DNA of 54,768 nucleotides from a virus (lineage: Duplodnaviria; Caudoviricetes): positions 1 through 54,768 of IMG/VR virus record IMGVR_UViG_3300033143_005875. One strand, given 5' to 3'. A model generated the notes under the pieces. That model did not search any database and was not told the DNA's origin. It worked only from the letters and a program-made list of their open reading frames with translations. Shown one piece after another: positions 36,424 to 46,916 of this stretch (its first letter is position 1; each line of letters opens with the position of its first letter). Both the position numbers and the translations under genes were made by a program.

Positions 36424-37119
36424 CTACGTGTACGGCACCGCAGGCTGCCGCGCACCCACGTGCGTCGCAAACTCCACGTGCGGCGTCGCCACCGCCAACC
36501 CACGCGCGTGGAACCACCGCCCGATGTGCCACTCCATCTCCCTGTTCGTCAGACGCGGGAACGGCCGCAGCCCTTCGTAAAGACCCGCCCGGCACAGGTG
36601 CACCCGCATCGAGTACTGGCCCAGCCGATTCCCCCACGCCGCCGCCCGATTCACCTGATACGGCACCCCCGTCACATCCTCGACGCCCACGCCCACCCGC
36701 TTGAAGCAGCCCGCCGCCTCGTTCCGATCCAGCGTCCCAGGCAGATGCTCCGCCAGCACCTCCCCTACCTCCGGCCGCTCCCCGAGCACACCCGCCGCGA
36801 ACTCCAGCCACCCGCCGCGCTCCCACCGATAGTCGCTCTCCATGTACACCCTGAGCTCCGCATCCCGCCGAGGGTCCGACAGCACCTCGAACGCCAGCCG
36901 CACAGCGTTCCTGTCCCGAGCCCACACGACCTCCGCCCAGCACCCCAACTCCCCCTGCACCCGCTCGATCGCCGCACGCGTCGCCGCGTCGCTCCCGTCG
37001 TCCACCAGCGTCCACCGATAACCCCCCTCGGCAGGCCGCCCGTAGTGCTCCACCCAACTCCGCGCCGTCCCCTCCAGCAGACCCGGCCGCCCGTAGTTCG
37101 GCGTTGCAATCTCTACCAT
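36424..37119 (-). CDS. Glycosyltransferase family 2-like
   Basis: IATPNYGRPGLL, LVDDGSD, YMESD. Confidence 0.75.
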   Translation of the reverse strand: MVEIATPNYGRPGLLEGTARSWVEHYGRPAEGGYRWTLVDDGSDAATRAAIERVQGELGCWAEVVWARDRNAVRLAFEVLSDPRRDAELRVYMESDYRWERGGWLEFAAGVLGERPEVGEVLAEHLPGTLDRNEAAGCFKRVGVGVEDVTGVPYQVNRAAAWGNRLGQYSMRVHLCRAGLYEGLRPFPRLTNREMEWHIGRWFHARGLAVATPHVEFATHVGARQPAVPYT

Positions 37120-37787
37120 CACTCCGCCTCCAGCACCGCGTAGCACACCTCACGGCTCGGATACACCACCCGCGCCCGCAGCCCACTGATGTCTTCCAGC
37201 TCGAACAGTGTCCGCGGATACATCCAATACGCCCCCGTCACCCCCGGCCGCGCCCCAAACTCCCTGTCCACCAACACCGGCGTGTCCCCCACCACCCACA
37301 CGGCGTCAGCCGACGCCACCGCACGCAACTCCCCAAAGATCGCCGCCGCTACGTCGTCCGGCCAGTGGCACACCACGCTGTGTAGCCACACCAGGTCGGG
37401 CCCAATGCCACCCTCCAGCCCTTCACCCAGCGGTCCCACCAGCCGCGTGCTCACCCTGCCATTTGCCCCATACCGTTCGTTTACCGCTGCCAGCGCATCT
37501 TCTGACAGATCGGCACCACAGACCGAGGCACATCGCTCCAGCAGCGCGTCAATGAAGAAGCCCGCCCCGCATCCATAGTCCAGCGCCAGCCTGCACACCC
37601 CTATGCCCGACAGCACCCGCCCCGCCAGCTCGTGCACCCCCGGGCTCCAACTCTCGCACGGCGGCCCGTTCCGCAGCGAGTACTTCCGGCGCCGCTCCCA
37701 ATACGCCGCCAGACCCTCGGGCGTCCGATATGCCGCCGCCTCGTCACTCACGAGCTCTTCTCCTGCGCAATTTCCGTTCGCATCCAA
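37119..37787 (-). CDS. Class I SAM-dependent methyltransferase
   Basis: YWERR, ALDYGCGAG, GADLSE; start uncertain. Confidence 0.8.
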   Translation of the reverse strand: MDANGNCAGEELVSDEAAAYRTPEGLAAYWERRRKYSLRNGPPCESWSPGVHELAGRVLSGIGVCRLALDYGCGAGFFIDALLERCASVCGADLSEDALAAVNERYGANGRVSTRLVGPLGEGLEGGIGPDLVWLHSVVCHWPDDVAAAIFGELRAVASADAVWVVGDTPVLVDREFGARPGVTGAYWMYPRTLFELEDISGLRARVVYPSREVCYAVLEAE

Positions 37788-38290
37788 TACCGCGCACTCC
37801 CACCCTCACCCGCCGACGCCAACTCCTCGAACCCGTTCAGCAAATACTCCATATTGGCCGGACCCAGCCGCCAGCCGCCCCAGTCGTGCACCCCCAGGAC
37901 GTCCCCCACCCGCAGCCACCGCCCATACTGCTGCGCCAGCAGCAGCCGCCGGCCCGCGTCACACCACAGCACCGTCGGCCCGCCCACCTCCCACCGCAGC
38001 ACGTCCGTGATCTTCCACGGCTCGTTGTGCACGTCCGCCCGCACCGCGTGCAGGCCCTGACCCATCCAACCCGCCTGCGCCGCACTCAGCGGCCGCACTA
38101 TCAGGTCATACGTCCAGATCTCCGCCTCCGGCACCACCTCGTGGCATAGGGCACAATACCCGTAGTGCCGCGTTCCCAGCTCCACCATCCGCACGGGCCG
38201 CGTCAGGCCGAAGACCTCCCGCGCCACCCGCACGTCCTCCGCCATCTGTATGATCTCGAACTCCGCGCCGCCGCCCATATCCAGTCTCAC
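37748..38290 (-). CDS. Methyltransferase-fold protein (CmcI/Methyltransf_24-like)
   Basis: MVELGT..G, LWCDAG, LRVGDVLGVHDW. Confidence 0.6.
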   Translation of the reverse strand: MRLDMGGGAEFEIIQMAEDVRVAREVFGLTRPVRMVELGTRHYGYCALCHEVVPEAEIWTYDLIVRPLSAAQAGWMGQGLHAVRADVHNEPWKITDVLRWEVGGPTVLWCDAGRRLLLAQQYGRWLRVGDVLGVHDWGGWRLGPANMEYLLNGFEELASAGEGGSARYWMRTEIAQEKSS

Positions 38291-38754
38291 GCTATCGCCT
38301 CCATCCGCAGGTTCAAGTGCTGCCGCGGCCCATGTGTCCGCGCAGGCGCCCGCACGATCCTCCGAAAGCCCGCTCGCTCCAGCAGCCGCCGCAGACGCGT
38401 CGCGTCCAGGAACGTCTTGTGCTCGCCGCGCTCGTACGCCGCCCTGTTCATCTCCTGCGCCCCGATCTCCCCGCGCACGTACGCCCGCGCATACCCCTCC
38501 AGGTCGGGGCACTCCACCACCAGCCGCCCACCTGCCCGAAGCCACTCATGCCAGTGCCGCAGCAGGCCCTCTGTCTCCCACCACGGCACGTGCTCGATCG
38601 CGTGGATCGCCTCGATCTCCTCCGCATTGTCGAGCTCCGGCGGCAGCCGCCGCATGTCCGCCACCACGTCAGGCTCCACCGCGGGATCCACGTCCACGTA
38701 CACCCACCCCGCCTCATCCTTCCGCGTCCGACCGCACCCCAGGCTGATCTTCAT
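38287..38754 (-). CDS. SAM-dependent methyltransferase (glycan-cluster type)
   Basis: KISLGCG, GWVYVDV, HAIEHV, LRAGGRLVVECPD. Confidence 0.8.
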   Translation of the reverse strand: MKISLGCGRTRKDEAGWVYVDVDPAVEPDVVADMRRLPPELDNAEEIEAIHAIEHVPWWETEGLLRHWHEWLRAGGRLVVECPDLEGYARAYVRGEIGAQEMNRAAYERGEHKTFLDATRLRRLLERAGFRRIVRAPARTHGPRQHLNLRMEAIA

Positions 38755-38844
38755 CTGCCTTCTCCGTCACTTGCCTCCGCCGATGGGGGCTGGGCAGGCG
38801 AAAGGAGCAGAACCCACCCAGCCCCGCCCTCGGCGAGCGAGTAC

Positions 38845-39810
38845 CTACGGCGAGACGATCGCCGGGTCGATGATGTTGTCGATCATCCACGCACACGCCG
38901 TCATGATGTCCTCTTCGTCCGTGTAGTGCCGCGCACGCACGATGTCCGTCCGCGTCTGCGGCTCCTCGTACGTGTCCATCGTGACGTTGCTCGGGCTGTC
39001 GGGCGTGTAGAGGAACGTCCGCCCGATGCACGGCTGCTTCAGCATCTCGCCCTCCGCGACCTTCAGCAGCATCACCAGGTCGTCGTCCCACATCCGCGTG
39101 ATCTCCTTCGGCAGCCCTTCGTCCGCCGCATCGTAGATCTGATCGGCGATCAGCACCTGACGCAGCTCGAAGAGCCGCGCCAGCACCGCCGGCGTGTACT
39201 CCGTCCCGCCCGTGCCCGGGATCGTGTACTTCAGCCGCTCCGCGATCTCGTCCACCAGCGGAAGCGCCTGATACGCCCGGAACCCGATCACCATCGTGTC
39301 CGGCCGCAGCCCCGTGGCCTCGTACAGCGTCCTGATCCCCAGCCGCGTGTCCGCGAGCGGCGTCGCGTTCGCTGTGTCATTCCACTCGTTCCCGACCGTC
39401 TGGTTCACCGCGAACGTCTGGAGATGCGTCAGGATCCGCTGCTCCTGCATCCGCAGCAGCACGTCCACCGCACGCTGAGCCGCGAACTTCTCCGCGTCGA
39501 AGTAGTCTGCGACCTGCGCCGCCTCCACCGCGTCCACGGGATCCTCCACGCCGCGCTCGATGCACGCGTAGCTGTCCGTCTCGTAGTTCCAGTCCATCCT
39601 GTGGTACGCACCCCGCGGCGCGCGCCGGATGTCCGCAGGCAGCTTCAGCACTGCCTCCGCCGGGATCACGGGGTAGAAGCCCGCCTCCTTCGTCACGGGG
39701 AAGACCGGGTAGAGCTTCAGCCCGATGTAGTTCCGGTTCATCACGTACTCCGCCAGCGCGTCCTCGATGTCGCGCCGAAGCCTCGTCTGTCCAGGCGCCA
39801 ATCTCGGCAT
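38845..39810 (-). CDS. Major capsid protein (lambda gpE-like)
   Basis: 321 aa after the decoration protein; IG.KLYPV.PV, W.D.ANATPLAD, G.RPDTMVIG, GRTF.Y motifs; RBS AGGAGGA. Confidence 0.85.
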   Translation of the reverse strand: MPRLAPGQTRLRRDIEDALAEYVMNRNYIGLKLYPVFPVTKEAGFYPVIPAEAVLKLPADIRRAPRGAYHRMDWNYETDSYACIERGVEDPVDAVEAAQVADYFDAEKFAAQRAVDVLLRMQEQRILTHLQTFAVNQTVGNEWNDTANATPLADTRLGIRTLYEATGLRPDTMVIGFRAYQALPLVDEIAERLKYTIPGTGGTEYTPAVLARLFELRQVLIADQIYDAADEGLPKEITRMWDDDLVMLLKVAEGEMLKQPCIGRTFLYTPDSPSNVTMDTYEEPQTRTDIVRARHYTDEEDIMTACAWMIDNIIDPAIVSP

Positions 39811-39906
39811 CGCCTATCCTCCTGATTCCACAGCCATCCGCTTCTGTTCCTGTCCGCCTCTTCCTCTGTCCCCTGCTTCCTGACCGCTGACCGCTGACCT
39901 CTGGCC

Positions 39907-40311
39907 TTAGCTGCCCGTCACCGTCTCCGTCCCGCCGCCCGCGAACAGCCACGCCTCGAAGATGCTGTCGTCCGCAGCCGCCGCCTCGAACGCGTAGCCC
40001 AGGAACCTGTACGTGCCCGCCCCCGCCGGCAGAGCCTGCACCTTCCCGTTCGCCGCCGCGTAGATCGCCGCACCGATCCCGATCGCACCCGCCGCCACGA
40101 CCTTGTGCGTCCCGCCGTGCTTGAAGTCACGGATGCTCACCGTCTCGCCGGGCGCACCCGTCACGTCCATCCCCTGAACCACCCCCACGGGGATGTGCGT
40201 CGCCGTCGCCGAGTTCAACAGCACCAGCCCCAGCGCCTGTCTGACCAGCCGATACTGATACACCTGCGCGCTGGTCGTGCGGTTGAAGACAAAATCCGTC
40301 TGCGTCGCCAT
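39907..40311 (-). CDS. Capsid decoration / cement protein (DUF2190-like)
   Basis: KVVAAGAIGIGAAIYAAANGKV...GYAFEAAAADD. Confidence 0.8.
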   Translation of the reverse strand: MATQTDFVFNRTTSAQVYQYRLVRQALGLVLLNSATATHIPVGVVQGMDVTGAPGETVSIRDFKHGGTHKVVAAGAIGIGAAIYAAANGKVQALPAGAGTYRFLGYAFEAAAADDSIFEAWLFAGGGTETVTGS

Positions 40312-40332
40312 TGCCTATCCTCCTGCTACGTC

Positions 40333-41355
40333 CTATCCGTCACCCAGCAGCGTCCTGCACGTCTCCAGAAACATCGCCTCGTTCTCCGCCTGTATCGCCC
40401 TCGCCGCCGCCAGAGCCTGCTCCGACGCGCCGCGATAGTCGCTCAGGATCCTCGCCACGATCGCCGGCACCTCCTCCACATTCTCGTACCGCGTCGTCCG
40501 CCACGGACACCACGGGATCGCCGGGCTCGTGACCATCGGCTTCCCAGCACTCATGTGCTCGAGCGCCACGTAGTTGAAGCTCTCCGTCATGCTGAGCTGG
40601 AGCCCCACGTCCACCTCCTCCGCGATCCAGTCGCAGAACTGGCTGTGCTGCCGATACGGCTCCCGCACCAGCCGCAGACGCAGCGCGTTCGCCAGCTTCA
40701 GCATGTTCTCCACGTACCGCGGACTGTCCGCCCGCTCCCCCTGCATGTGCAGCTTCGCCGGCCGCACCTGCTCGCTCACCAGCTTCGCCGCCACCACGTG
40801 GCCCGCCGGGTGCTTCAGGTTCCGTATCGCGAAGATCGCACTCAGGTGCAGCCACTGCTCGTCGTGCACCGCCGCCCGCGGCCGCTCCGCCACCTCCCCA
40901 CACTGCACGTTCGGCATCGACAGCACGTCTGGCAGACCCGCCGCCCGCAGCCTGGCCGCGTCGTACGGGCTCACCACCGCATACCGAACGTTCCGATACC
41001 GCGCGCACAGACCCAGCACCTCCAGCCACTTGTCGCAGTCCGTCGCCGCCTGGAACAGCCACGGCAGGTTGCTGTGGCACCGCTGCACCCACAGCACGTC
41101 CGGCCACTCGATCGCGAGCTGCTCGAACTGTACCGTCGGCACGCAGAACGCACTGAGCACCACCAGCCGGGGCCGCGCTGTCGCCAGCCATTCGCCCCAC
41201 GCCTCCGCACTCTGGTAATCGCCCACCACGTCGTCCAGCGCCAGGCTCACCGCCGTCCATCCCGCCTCCTCGAGCACCGCACTGCACTGCCGCGTGTTGT
41301 TCGCCAGCCCCGTGCTCTTGAACTGAGGTTTCGCATACACGAATGCTGCATCCAT
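40333..41355 (-). CDS. Glycosyltransferase family 4-like (GT-B)
   Basis: IRNLKH and LQLSMTESFNYVALEHMSAGKPMV (E-x7-E signature). Confidence 0.8.
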   Translation of the reverse strand: MDAAFVYAKPQFKSTGLANNTRQCSAVLEEAGWTAVSLALDDVVGDYQSAEAWGEWLATARPRLVVLSAFCVPTVQFEQLAIEWPDVLWVQRCHSNLPWLFQAATDCDKWLEVLGLCARYRNVRYAVVSPYDAARLRAAGLPDVLSMPNVQCGEVAERPRAAVHDEQWLHLSAIFAIRNLKHPAGHVVAAKLVSEQVRPAKLHMQGERADSPRYVENMLKLANALRLRLVREPYRQHSQFCDWIAEEVDVGLQLSMTESFNYVALEHMSAGKPMVTSPAIPWCPWRTTRYENVEEVPAIVARILSDYRGASEQALAAARAIQAENEAMFLETCRTLLGDG

Positions 41356-41473
41356 CAACCCGCTCCTCTCCGCGCCTCGCTCGCCGCTCTGCGCCTCACT
41401 ATCTCCCCTCTGGCATCCGCCCTCTGGCATCTGGCATTCGGCATCTGGCATCCGCCCTCTGGCATCCGCTTGC

Positions 41474-42817
41474 CTATGTGCCGATCACCTTGGGCCACGT
41501 CGCCCTGATGTGCTCCACGATCTGCTTCGGCGTCCAGTCGGGATGCTCCGCGACCACCCGCTCCCGCGCCGCCTCATACGTCGTCGGCGCCTCGCCATCC
41601 GCCGCCTTCGTCGGCGTCTCGGGCTCCCTGTCCGTCACGACGGTCGTCACGGTCTTCCGCTCGGCCGCCTCCGCCTCGAGCTCCGCGATCCGCTTGTCCC
41701 GATCCGCCACCTCACCCGCCAGCCTGTCCGCCAGCCGCGCCTTCGCAGCCTCCACGCTCAGGCCCTCCGCCAGCGCGTCCAGCACCAGCGCCTCCTCGCC
41801 CTCCAGCGCCTCACGCAGCGCCGTCAGCCGATCCTTCGCCGACCGCTCACCCTGCTCCTCGCCCGTCTTCACCCAGCGCTCCCGCGCCTCCTTCATCAGC
41901 TCCGGATACGCCTCGAACAGCCCATCGACGCTCTTCACCTCGTCTGCCATCGCCCTGTCCTCCTGTCCTATGCCACTGCGGGCGCCAGCGGCGTCCGCCA
42001 GCATGCCCTCGAACGTCCCGATCCCGTCCACCAGACCCAACTTCACCGCCTCCCGCGCCATCCACACCGCCCCCGTCGCCCATTCCCGCGCCCGCCCCTC
42101 GCTCACCCCGCGGCCCCGAGCCACCGCCGCCACGAACTGACCTGACAGCACGTCCACGATCACCTGATACTCGTCCAGCAGCGCCTGCGGCGCCGCCGTC
42201 CCCTCCTCCCCAGCACCCTTCAGCGGCCCGCTCCCGACCACGTGGACCGTGACCCCCGCCTTCTCGAACAGCTTGCTCTCGTCCCAAATCACCGCATACG
42301 TGCCGATGCTCCCCACCATCCCCGGCTCGTTCACGAACAGCCGCCCCGCCTGGCTCGCCACGTAGTACGCCGCACTCGCCCCCAGGTCGCTCACAAAGGC
42401 GTCCACCGCCTTCACCTGCCGCGCCGCCCACACCGCCTCCGCCAGCTCGTACGTCCCCGCCGCCTCCCCGCCCGGGCTGTCCACGTAAAGTACGATCCGC
42501 TCTACCGTCGGGTCCGCCGCAGCCGCCTCCACCGCCGCCGTCAGCACCACCGTGTCCGCCGCCTCCACCCCGAACGCCCGGTAGATCCACGGCACCCCCT
42601 TCATCATGTACCCGACGATCGGGATCACCGCGACGCCACCACGACGCTGATACAGCTCGCCCTCCAACTCCTCTTCGGGCGGCTTCGTGAAGGCCAGCTC
42701 CACCGCCGCCCCCATCCCGCGCGACGCCAGGTGCCGCGCCAACTCCCGTACCTCTACGGGCCGCATCGACCACAACAGCGGCATCGCTCGCGCCAGCGTC
42801 AATCGCTTGTCTGTCAC
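41474..42817 (-). CDS. S49 head maturation protease with C-terminal scaffold region
   Basis: VDSPGG, ASAAYYVASQA, VGSIG, AVKLGLVDGI; coiled-coil C-terminus. Confidence 0.92.
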   Translation of the reverse strand: MTDKRLTLARAMPLLWSMRPVEVRELARHLASRGMGAAVELAFTKPPEEELEGELYQRRGGVAVIPIVGYMMKGVPWIYRAFGVEAADTVVLTAAVEAAAADPTVERIVLYVDSPGGEAAGTYELAEAVWAARQVKAVDAFVSDLGASAAYYVASQAGRLFVNEPGMVGSIGTYAVIWDESKLFEKAGVTVHVVGSGPLKGAGEEGTAAPQALLDEYQVIVDVLSGQFVAAVARGRGVSEGRAREWATGAVWMAREAVKLGLVDGIGTFEGMLADAAGARSGIGQEDRAMADEVKSVDGLFEAYPELMKEARERWVKTGEEQGERSAKDRLTALREALEGEEALVLDALAEGLSVEAAKARLADRLAGEVADRDKRIAELEAEAAERKTVTTVVTDREPETPTKAADGEAPTTYEAARERVVAEHPDWTPKQIVEHIRATWPKVIGT

Positions 42818-44358
42818 TTGCTGCCCTCCTTCTCCGCCGGCTCCGCCGCTTCCTTCTTCCCCGTCAGCGCGTCCAGCCGCTCCAGCACTTCCTCCCCCAT
42901 CTCCGCCTCCTCCGCCACCAGCTCCTCATTCACCTCCGCGAAGTCCTGGTCGCTCGTCTCCGCAATCACGTCCCCGCGCGTCCGCAGCCGGTTCTTGATC
43001 ATCAGCACGGCCGCCTGCGCCTGATCCTTGATATCCACCCACTGCCAGCCCGGCTTCCGCCACGCCACCCGCCCGAGCTGCCCCTTCGGCGGCTTCAGCA
43101 GCCGACGCTTCTGCACCCCGTACCCCACCACGTACGACCACACAGGCCGACACCAGTTCCACTCGAACCACTGCTGCTGACGCCTGAACGTCCGATACGC
43201 CTGAAGCAGCGCCGCTCGCGTGTTGCTCCAGTTGTTCGCCGTGAAGTCCAGCCACACCAGCTCCACCGGCAGCCCCATGTGCCGTCCCACGTACCTGCTG
43301 ATGATCTTGATCAGCTCCGCGAAGCCCGTTCCAGGATGCTGCGGCGTGATCTGCGCGATCTCGTCCATCCGCGGGATCCGCTTGATCATCCCTGGCTCCA
43401 GCTCCTCCCACTGCTCCGTCTGCCCCGAGCTCGGGTTCGTCTCCGACGTCCCGTAGCTCGGCTTCATGTTCCCCGTCTTAATGATCAGCCCGTAGCACGC
43501 CGCCATGATGTGCGCCCACGTGTCCGCCTCGATCACGTCCTCCAGCCGATCCAGCTCGTCCAGCACCCCGCCAAGCACCGGCCGCCCGCGGCTCGCACTG
43601 AACCTGTAGGGGTCCACCAGGAACACGAAGTCCTTCGCGGCCACCGCCTCCGCCTCGTCCACGTACGCCGACGTCGGGTGCTTCGTCGCAATGTAGTACT
43701 TGACCGGCGCCCCCTTGCCGTCGAACGCGATCCCGTTGATGATCGCGCTCCGCGCCTCCCGCGTCAGGTCCCCCGCACCGCCCGCCAGACGCTGCGGCGT
43801 CGCGATCCTGTCCCCCTCGATCGGCTGCAACTGCCCCTCCGTCAGCACGAACCCCACGTCCCCGTCACGCCGCGCACTCAGGTACGACAGCCGCTGCATG
43901 TCCGCGTTGCTGAGGATCCCCCGCACGTCCAGCACCTGCTCCCGCCAATACGCCAGCGCCTCCTCGTTCCACGCCTCGCTATCCGTGTTCGGGCGCGGCG
44001 AGAACCCCATGTGCACCGTGTTGTCCACGTCCGTCTGGAGGATGCCCGCCGCCAGCGTGTTCTCGCGCACCACGGCCCGGCAGCGCTCCCGCAGCGTCCA
44101 CAGCGTGCTGTCCGTGAGGTGCTTGTTCGCCGTGCCCCCGAGCCCGCTCCGTCGCCTGTGCATCCGCCCGTTCGACGCGTCCCGATACGCCGACGCCGCC
44201 CGCTGCCTGTCCCGCGCCTCCTGCCGCCGCAGCCCCCACACCGGCGCCACCAGCCGCACCGCCGCGTCCACCCGCTCCTCCCACGTGCGCCGACGCTCCC
44301 GCCACCGCTCCGCCCGCTTCGCCGCATCCATCCGCTTACCCACGCACCACCCCATCAC
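42814..44358 (-). CDS. Portal protein, lambda family
   Basis: LRERCR..VREN, RDGDV, LQPIEGDRI, SRGRP, DFTANNWSNTRAALL, PGWQWVD.KD. Confidence 0.92.
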   Translation of the reverse strand: MMGWCVGKRMDAAKRAERWRERRRTWEERVDAAVRLVAPVWGLRRQEARDRQRAASAYRDASNGRMHRRRSGLGGTANKHLTDSTLWTLRERCRAVVRENTLAAGILQTDVDNTVHMGFSPRPNTDSEAWNEEALAYWREQVLDVRGILSNADMQRLSYLSARRDGDVGFVLTEGQLQPIEGDRIATPQRLAGGAGDLTREARSAIINGIAFDGKGAPVKYYIATKHPTSAYVDEAEAVAAKDFVFLVDPYRFSASRGRPVLGGVLDELDRLEDVIEADTWAHIMAACYGLIIKTGNMKPSYGTSETNPSSGQTEQWEELEPGMIKRIPRMDEIAQITPQHPGTGFAELIKIISRYVGRHMGLPVELVWLDFTANNWSNTRAALLQAYRTFRRQQQWFEWNWCRPVWSYVVGYGVQKRRLLKPPKGQLGRVAWRKPGWQWVDIKDQAQAAVLMIKNRLRTRGDVIAETSDQDFAEVNEELVAEEAEMGEEVLERLDALTGKKEAAEPAEKEGSK

Positions 44359-44379
44359 GCTACAGCCACGTCACCCGCC

Positions 44380-44586
44380 CTATCCGCGATACCGCAGACT
44401 CGCCTTCGACATCTGCTCGTCCGCATACACGTCCGCCGTGATCAACTGCCGCAGATCGAGCAGGTCACTCAGTGGCCCATATTCGACGCTCTTCCCGCCC
44501 ACCGTCAGCCGCTTCACCCCGCCGCGGCTCGCCCACGCCTTGATCGCCGCCTCCACCGTCTCCAGATCCGTCGCCGTGAACGCCAC
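44380..44586 (-). CDS. Head-tail joining protein gpW-like
   Basis: DLETVEAAI...GVKRLTVGGKSVEY..LSDL; directly upstream of the portal. Confidence 0.75.
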   Translation of the reverse strand: MAFTATDLETVEAAIKAWASRGGVKRLTVGGKSVEYGPLSDLLDLRQLITADVYADEQMSKASLRYRG

Positions 44587-44697
44587 CGCCCGCCTCCATC
44601 CCATGACAATGGGCGTCGAGGCCGCTGCCCCGACGCCCATAGCCTACCACACGATCTGCCCCGAAACGCCCCACACCGCCGTTTCAGAATATCTGAA

Positions 44698-45207
44698 TTA
44701 GCCCACCAGCTCGATCAGATCCAGCAGCACGCACAGCGCGTCCTGCGGCGTCCGCACGGGATACTCCACCCCACCCGTGCCCCCGCGCGTGTGCCTGAGC
44801 ACCGTCATCTCGGTATCGATCATCCCGCGCAGGACCGCCGCCAGCTTCCTGTGGCGGCCCGCGTCCAGGCTCACGTCCACGTGCCGACGCGAGAACGCAA
44901 ACCCCTCGGGCAGCGCCTCACCCTCCTCGAAGGCCGCGAAGCCCAGCCTGAGCACGCTCCCCTCCCCGCAGCCCCGCTCGCCCTCCAGCCGCTCCACCTT
45001 CGCCGCCTCCACCGCCAGCGCGTCGCCCAGCTCCCGCAACTGCTCGTCCCGCTCCGTCACCGCCGCCTCCAGCGCCGCCCGCTCCGCCAGCAGCCGCTCC
45101 ACGTCCGCCAGCACAGCCTCCCCCCGCTGCTCTTGCTCCTGTCCGTCCTCGTGCTCGTGCTCGTGCTCGCTTCCCGCCGCATTGTTGTCCGTCGCCTTCT
45201 TCGCCAT
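44698..45207 (-). CDS. Hypothetical coiled-coil protein
   Basis: RBS AGGAG; long ORF with the genome's codon bias. Confidence 0.55.
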   Translation of the reverse strand: MAKKATDNNAAGSEHEHEHEDGQEQEQRGEAVLADVERLLAERAALEAAVTERDEQLRELGDALAVEAAKVERLEGERGCGEGSVLRLGFAAFEEGEALPEGFAFSRRHVDVSLDAGRHRKLAAVLRGMIDTEMTVLRHTRGGTGGVEYPVRTPQDALCVLLDLIELVG

Positions 45208-45257
45208 CCTCTTCTCCTGTCTTCTGCCGTGTCGTTCCCTCTTACCCCGACCACCGC

Positions 45258-45602
45258 TTACTTCTTCGTCGGCCAGCTCTGCACCTTCAGCGCGTGCGCG
45301 ACCAGCGCCCGCATGTCCTCCAGGTGCTGCGTCTGCGCCTCATACATCCCCTGCGCCCTGTCCACCGGCGGCAGGCGATCCCCCCTCGCCTGCATGTCCC
45401 TGATCGCTCCAGCGAACAGCCGCTCGGGGATACTCAGCAACACGGGGATCTCCGCCGCCGGCTTCACGCCCTCCCAGACGGGCAACCCATCATCGAATCC
45501 CGTCACCGCCTCCACGATCATGTTGTCCGCCGAGCGCACCCAGAGCACCTCGACCCTGCGCCACGCCATGTTCGTCACCAGTATCACCCGCTCTTCCATC
45601 AT
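45258..45602 (-). CDS. Hypothetical protein
   Basis: RBS AAAGGAG; tiles in the operon. Confidence 0.55.
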   Translation of the reverse strand: MMEERVILVTNMAWRRVEVLWVRSADNMIVEAVTGFDDGLPVWEGVKPAAEIPVLLSIPERLFAGAIRDMQARGDRLPPVDRAQGMYEAQTQHLEDMRALVAHALKVQSWPTKK

Positions 45603-45656
45603 CGCCCGCTCCTTTCCTTCTCCCCTATCCCCGACCACCGCACACCGACCACCGCC

Positions 45657-46916
45657 TCACGCCCTCCGCGCCCCCTTCAGCCACCCATACGCCTCCAACC
45701 GCTCCGCCACTTTCACCCACCCGCGCTTCTGCCCCGCCGTCAGCCGAATCACCCACCGAGGCCACCCCTCACTCCCCACATTCACCCGCTCCACCTTCCG
45801 CACCCCCTCTTCCTCGTGCTCGTGCTCCTGCTCTCTTCCTGCCGCTGCCTCCCGCTCCCCACCCACCATCTCGGCAATCCACCCCTGCCCAGGCCACTCC
45901 ACCATCGGCCCGGGCCGCACCCACAGCGGCTCCAGCCCCCACTCCCGCATCCACAGCAGGTTCATCATGCACGCCGCCAGATCCGCCTCCGTCTCGCCCA
46001 CACCCTGCCGAAGCTGGAAGTGATACTTGATCCCCGCGTCCTGGAGCCACCGCATCGCCTCGAACGCCTCCTCGACCGTGTGCCCCTTGCCCAGCCGACG
46101 CAGCACCCCGTCCTCGAGGAACTCAATCCCCAGCGTCACGTCGGCACACCCCGCAGCCGCCAGCATCGCCACCTGCTCCCGCGTCATCGTCCGCACGTTC
46201 GCGTCCGTCCGCCACCGGATGTCCATCGCCTCCAAGCCCTCGAGCAGCGTCGTCAGCCACGCCATGTGCCGCTCGCCGCGCCCCGTGATCTCGTTGCACA
46301 GCAGGCTCACGCTCCACCCGCCGCGATCCGTCCGCGCCTCGGGCACACGGCGCAGCAGCTCCGCGATCTCCACCACCGCCAGATCCGCGTCCCGACGCCG
46401 CAGCCGCTGGCCCGCCCAGTGGCAGAACTTGCAGGACCACGGACACCCCGAGCTGAGCTGGTACAGCACCCGCTTCCACGTCGCCCACAGCCCCTCCGAC
46501 ACCGCGTCCAGCGGCAGCGGCTGCGTCGCGCTGAAATGGTCGTGCGGCCACCTGCACACCCCCCGCGGCACCTTCCCCTGGAGCGCGCTCGCCGTGCTCA
46601 TCGGATTCGCCCACCACGTCGGCGGCTGCTCCGACGCCTTCGCCGCAGCCACCACCAGCGGCCACAGCTCCTCGCCGTACGGCCAGGTCACCGCCATCTC
46701 ATACCGCCACGCCGGCGGCAGCCCCTCCGTCCTCTGGCCTGGCATCCGCAACATGGCATCTCTGATCTTCACCTCCTGCCCCATCGCCGCCGAGCGCCCC
46801 GCATTCTGGAGCGTCATCCCAGGCGTCCAGTCGGACGTCCATTGCCAACAACACTCCTCCTGCATCACATAATGCCCCGTCGCGTGCCGAGGCAACAGCA
46901 CTACCACGTCACCCAT
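45657..46916 (-). CDS. Radical SAM protein
   Basis: SSGCPWSCKFC (CxxxCxxC), AGCADVTLGIE, LRRLGKGHTVEE, VGETEAD. Confidence 0.88.
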   Translation of the reverse strand: MGDVVVLLPRHATGHYVMQEECCWQWTSDWTPGMTLQNAGRSAAMGQEVKIRDAMLRMPGQRTEGLPPAWRYEMAVTWPYGEELWPLVVAAAKASEQPPTWWANPMSTASALQGKVPRGVCRWPHDHFSATQPLPLDAVSEGLWATWKRVLYQLSSGCPWSCKFCHWAGQRLRRRDADLAVVEIAELLRRVPEARTDRGGWSVSLLCNEITGRGERHMAWLTTLLEGLEAMDIRWRTDANVRTMTREQVAMLAAAGCADVTLGIEFLEDGVLRRLGKGHTVEEAFEAMRWLQDAGIKYHFQLRQGVGETEADLAACMMNLLWMREWGLEPLWVRPGPMVEWPGQGWIAEMVGGEREAAAGREQEHEHEEEGVRKVERVNVGSEGWPRWVIRLTAGQKRGWVKVAERLEAYGWLKGARRA

